Assembly: GCA_963827655.1 (NCBI GenBank) | Contig: CAWHCF010000019.1 | Span: forward strand, 1 to 64,000 | Source of the DNA: an uncultured Acidobacteriota bacterium | GTDB taxonomy: Bacteria > Acidobacteriota > UBA6911 | Direction: 5' to 3' | DNA length: 64,000 nucleotides | Shown: positions 61,990 through 64,000 of the stretch, in pieces | Numbering within the stretch: the stretch's first letter is position 1 | How the letters are laid out: each line of letters begins with the position of its first letter | Notes under the pieces: generated by a model | Database searches by the model: none | What the model saw: the letters and a program-made list of their open reading frames with translations, nothing else | Told to the model about the DNA's origin: nothing | Program-made: the position numbers and the translations under genes

Positions 61990-62025
61990 GCAGAGGGTGC
62001 CTGCTTACTGCTGCCTACTGCCTAT
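61962..62025. repeat. Inverted heptamer element (GCAGTAG)n...(CTACTGC)n
   Basis: gcagtaggcggtaggcagtaagcag ... ctgcttactgctgcctactgcct; contains the nuoM stop. Confidence 0.9.
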
Positions 62026-62365
62026 TCCGACAGGCGGCGATCCTCAATTGCTTCCGGGCATTCCCCTCCGCGACGAAGCGTCGGGCGATTCCTCTTCTCC
62101 TGGCGAGTTTCCTTGTCGAGCTTCTGGAATCGATCCTTGATTTGGTGAAATTCCGTCGAATCGACCTTCATGCAATGTTCAATTCGAGGGTGAATGAAGA
62201 TGTCCCTGAAGGAGCACCTGGAGCACTCTGCCCAGGGCTTCATGAGAGAATTGGCTGAAACCGCAATGGCAGGCAGGTAGCCCGCCTTTCACGGTGAGGG
62301 CGCTTTTGTAGGTGTAGGGAAAAAGAAGGTTTTATATTTGCCGGTCCGATCGCACAAGGACCATT

Positions 62366-62850
62366 TCACTTGCCCGATACCATACGTGCCAGGCTCCGGC
62401 CGAGTAAGGTAAATCGCAGGATTGTCCTGATTTTAGAGTTCTTGATACCGTTTATCTTCATCAACAGAGACTCTTCGATTATTCCCAGCACAAAACCTGC
62501 GGTCGGTGTCGCGATAAGATCGACCGGCGAGATAGGCACATTGCCGATAGACGCTTCTCCCACAAGGCCGAGCTCGAACTGGGTCGAGTAGAATACACCC
62601 ACCAGAACGCCTGCTCCCGGGAACCGCCATTGATCCGAGCCAGGTGGTACGTAGTGGCTCCCTGAACCGGGTGCCCTGCGAAATTCGTCAAGAAGCTATC
62701 GCCGTCGAAAAACCCGGCGGGCCTGCTGCGGAACGTTTCCAGATAGCCTCCGACAAATGGCCCCTGGAGACCGTGTCGCGTCTTTGATTGGAACGCGACT
62801 CTGGCTGCGTTTTGAAGCATGAGGAAGCGGAAGGAATCTGCGGTTGGTCG
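62366..62850 (-). pseudogene. DUF3943-like membrane protein, frameshifted and apparently 5'-truncated
   Basis: DGDSFLTNFAGHPVQGA..ARING, then YSTQFE.G..EASIGN..DLIATPTAG in another frame. Confidence 0.6.
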
Positions 62851-62854
62851 CAAA

Positions 62855-62973
62855 TACCGCGATCGGAATGATTTTACCCTTAAAGAGATCGTTGGTGCCA
62901 TCGGGGGCCGGACGGGCTTGATGGCCCGTCCGCACATGAACCGGGCGAGTTTTGCGACGGTCTCTGATGACCC
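62855..62973 (+). repeat. Dispersed ~120-bp repeat, copy 2 (IS-end-like)
   Basis: Aligns by eye with 20261-20379; ends gagttttgcgacggtctc. Confidence 0.8.
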
Positions 62974-63041
62974 GCACAAGCCAAAGAGCTTCCGGTCAAC
63001 CCCGGGTACGATCGAATTATCCCATTCAGCTCCCGCTCCTA

Positions 63042-63070
63042 TTGACATTCTGTATGGGATCCGTTATCTT
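63042..63070 (+). promoter_or_regulatory. Sigma-70-like promoter of padR
   Basis: TTGACA-N17-TATCTT just upstream of the ATG; the imperfect palindrome cctacagactctctatatg may be the operator. Confidence 0.55.
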
Positions 63071-63086
63071 CCTACAGACTCTCTAT

Positions 63087-63431
63087 ATGAGCACGAAAAG
63101 ACCCCCCATCCAGACCAATCTTCTCCAAGGGACGCTCGACCTGCTGGTCATGAAGGCGCTCGCGCTGGGAGAAATGCACGGGCTGGGGATTTCGCGACGC
63201 ATCGAGCAGATGACCAAGGGGACCTTTCAGGTGAAACCCGGCTCTCTTTTCCCCGCCTTGCACCGGATGGAGCAAGCCGGCTGGCTCACTTCCTCGTGGG
63301 GGGAATCCGAGAATAACCGCCGGGCCAAGTACTATCGGTTGACCGGGACGGGCCGCCGCCGATTCGAGGCCCAGGCCGAAAATTGGGGCAGGATCTCGCT
63401 CGCGATCGCGAGCGCTCTCGAGACGACTTAG
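63087..63431 (+). CDS. PadR-family transcriptional regulator (acidobacterial type)
   Basis: LLQGTLDLLVMKAL, HGLGI, GSLFPALHRME, SENNRRAKYYRLT. Confidence 0.95.
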   Translation: MSTKRPPIQTNLLQGTLDLLVMKALALGEMHGLGISRRIEQMTKGTFQVKPGSLFPALHRMEQAGWLTSSWGESENNRRAKYYRLTGTGRRRFEAQAENWGRISLAIASALETT

Positions 63432-63443
63432 GCGGAGGTGTAC

Positions 63444-64000
63444 GTGTCGGTGGTGAGCTTCTTCTCCAGCCTGGCGCACAATCTCTTTCGCTGGACCAGG
63501 GTCGAACAGGAACTGGATCAGGAAGTCCGGGCCTATGTCGAATTGCTGGCCGATGAGAAAATCCAGGCCGGCGTCAGCCCGGAGGAAGCTCATCGCCAGG
63601 CGCTGGTCGAGTTCGGTGGTGTCGAGCAAGTCAAAGAACGGGTTCGAGACGGACGCATCGGTAACCTGATCGGGAGCTTGTTCAAGGACGCCCGTTATGC
63701 GCTGCGCAGCCTCGCCGGCAATCCCGCTTTCACGGCAGCCGCACTGCTTTCTCTCGCACTCGGCATAGGCGCCAACGCCGCCCTGTTCAGCTTCGTAAAT
63801 GCGATCCTCCTCCGCCCTTTGCCATACCTGGAACCCGAGCGACTGGTCCGAGTGACGGGCTTCTATCCCAAAGGCGCCGTAGTCGAGCTGCAGCAGCAAT
63901 GCCAGTTGATGGATGTGGCCGGTTTTACTGCGGATTCGGAGTTTAATCTTTCCTGGCGCGGAGAAACCGTGCACCTCGCGGGAAATTCCGTTTCCGCGAG
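63444..64000 (+). CDS. ABC-type permease (acidobacterial duplicated orphan permease), truncated by the window end
   Basis: GGAGGT RBS; manual translation [64 protein letters not shown]. Confidence 0.92.
   Translation, partial: MSVVSFFSSLAHNLFRWTRVEQELDQEVRAYVELLADEKIQAGVSPEEAHRQALVEFGGVEQVKERVRDGRIGNLIGSLFKDARYALRSLAGNPAFTAAALLSLALGIGANAALFSFVNAILLRPLPYLEPERLVRVTGFYPKGAVVELQQQCQLMDVAGFTADSEFNLSWRGETVHLAGNSVSA

Noticed and set aside
62022-62243. 73-aa ORF downstream of nuoM
   Set aside because: No recognisable motif or RBS; cannot be supported from the sequence alone.

Overview
A GC-rich (roughly 60%) bacterial chromosome segment. The gene content points to Acidobacteriota: an acidobacterial PadR plus duplicated orphan permease, a VWA protein, and the futalosine menaquinone pathway. 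Most of it is housekeeping or envelope genes: an RND efflux pair, UbiD-like decarboxylase, tkt-zwf-opcA-pgl, thiI, rluD-lgt-EF-G2, topA-dprA, mqnA, asnS, folD, coaE and nuoL-nuoM. Many genes carry single-base frameshifts, probably long-read consensus errors. No rRNA, tRNA, CRISPR array or intact transposase was seen. The most notable signals are: (1) a family of about 15 intergenic inverted-repeat elements built from 6-, 7- or 9-bp tandem units, two of which enclose a GxxExxY gene or a four-helix-bundle (IVS-type) gene remnant, the latter nested inside another element; (2) a stand-alone nuoL-nuoM pair whose NuoL has a 26-residue duplication in the lateral helix, the '2M' complex I signature; (3) a cluster with three sigma-54 promoters that includes a sortase and its LPKTA substrate in a diderm; (4) a P-loop kinase-dCMP deaminase fusion; (5) a doubly deleted remnant of a paralogous RND operon; (6) a two-copy ~120-bp dispersed repeat with an IS-like end. 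All family assignments come from motif recognition by eye; no database search was run.
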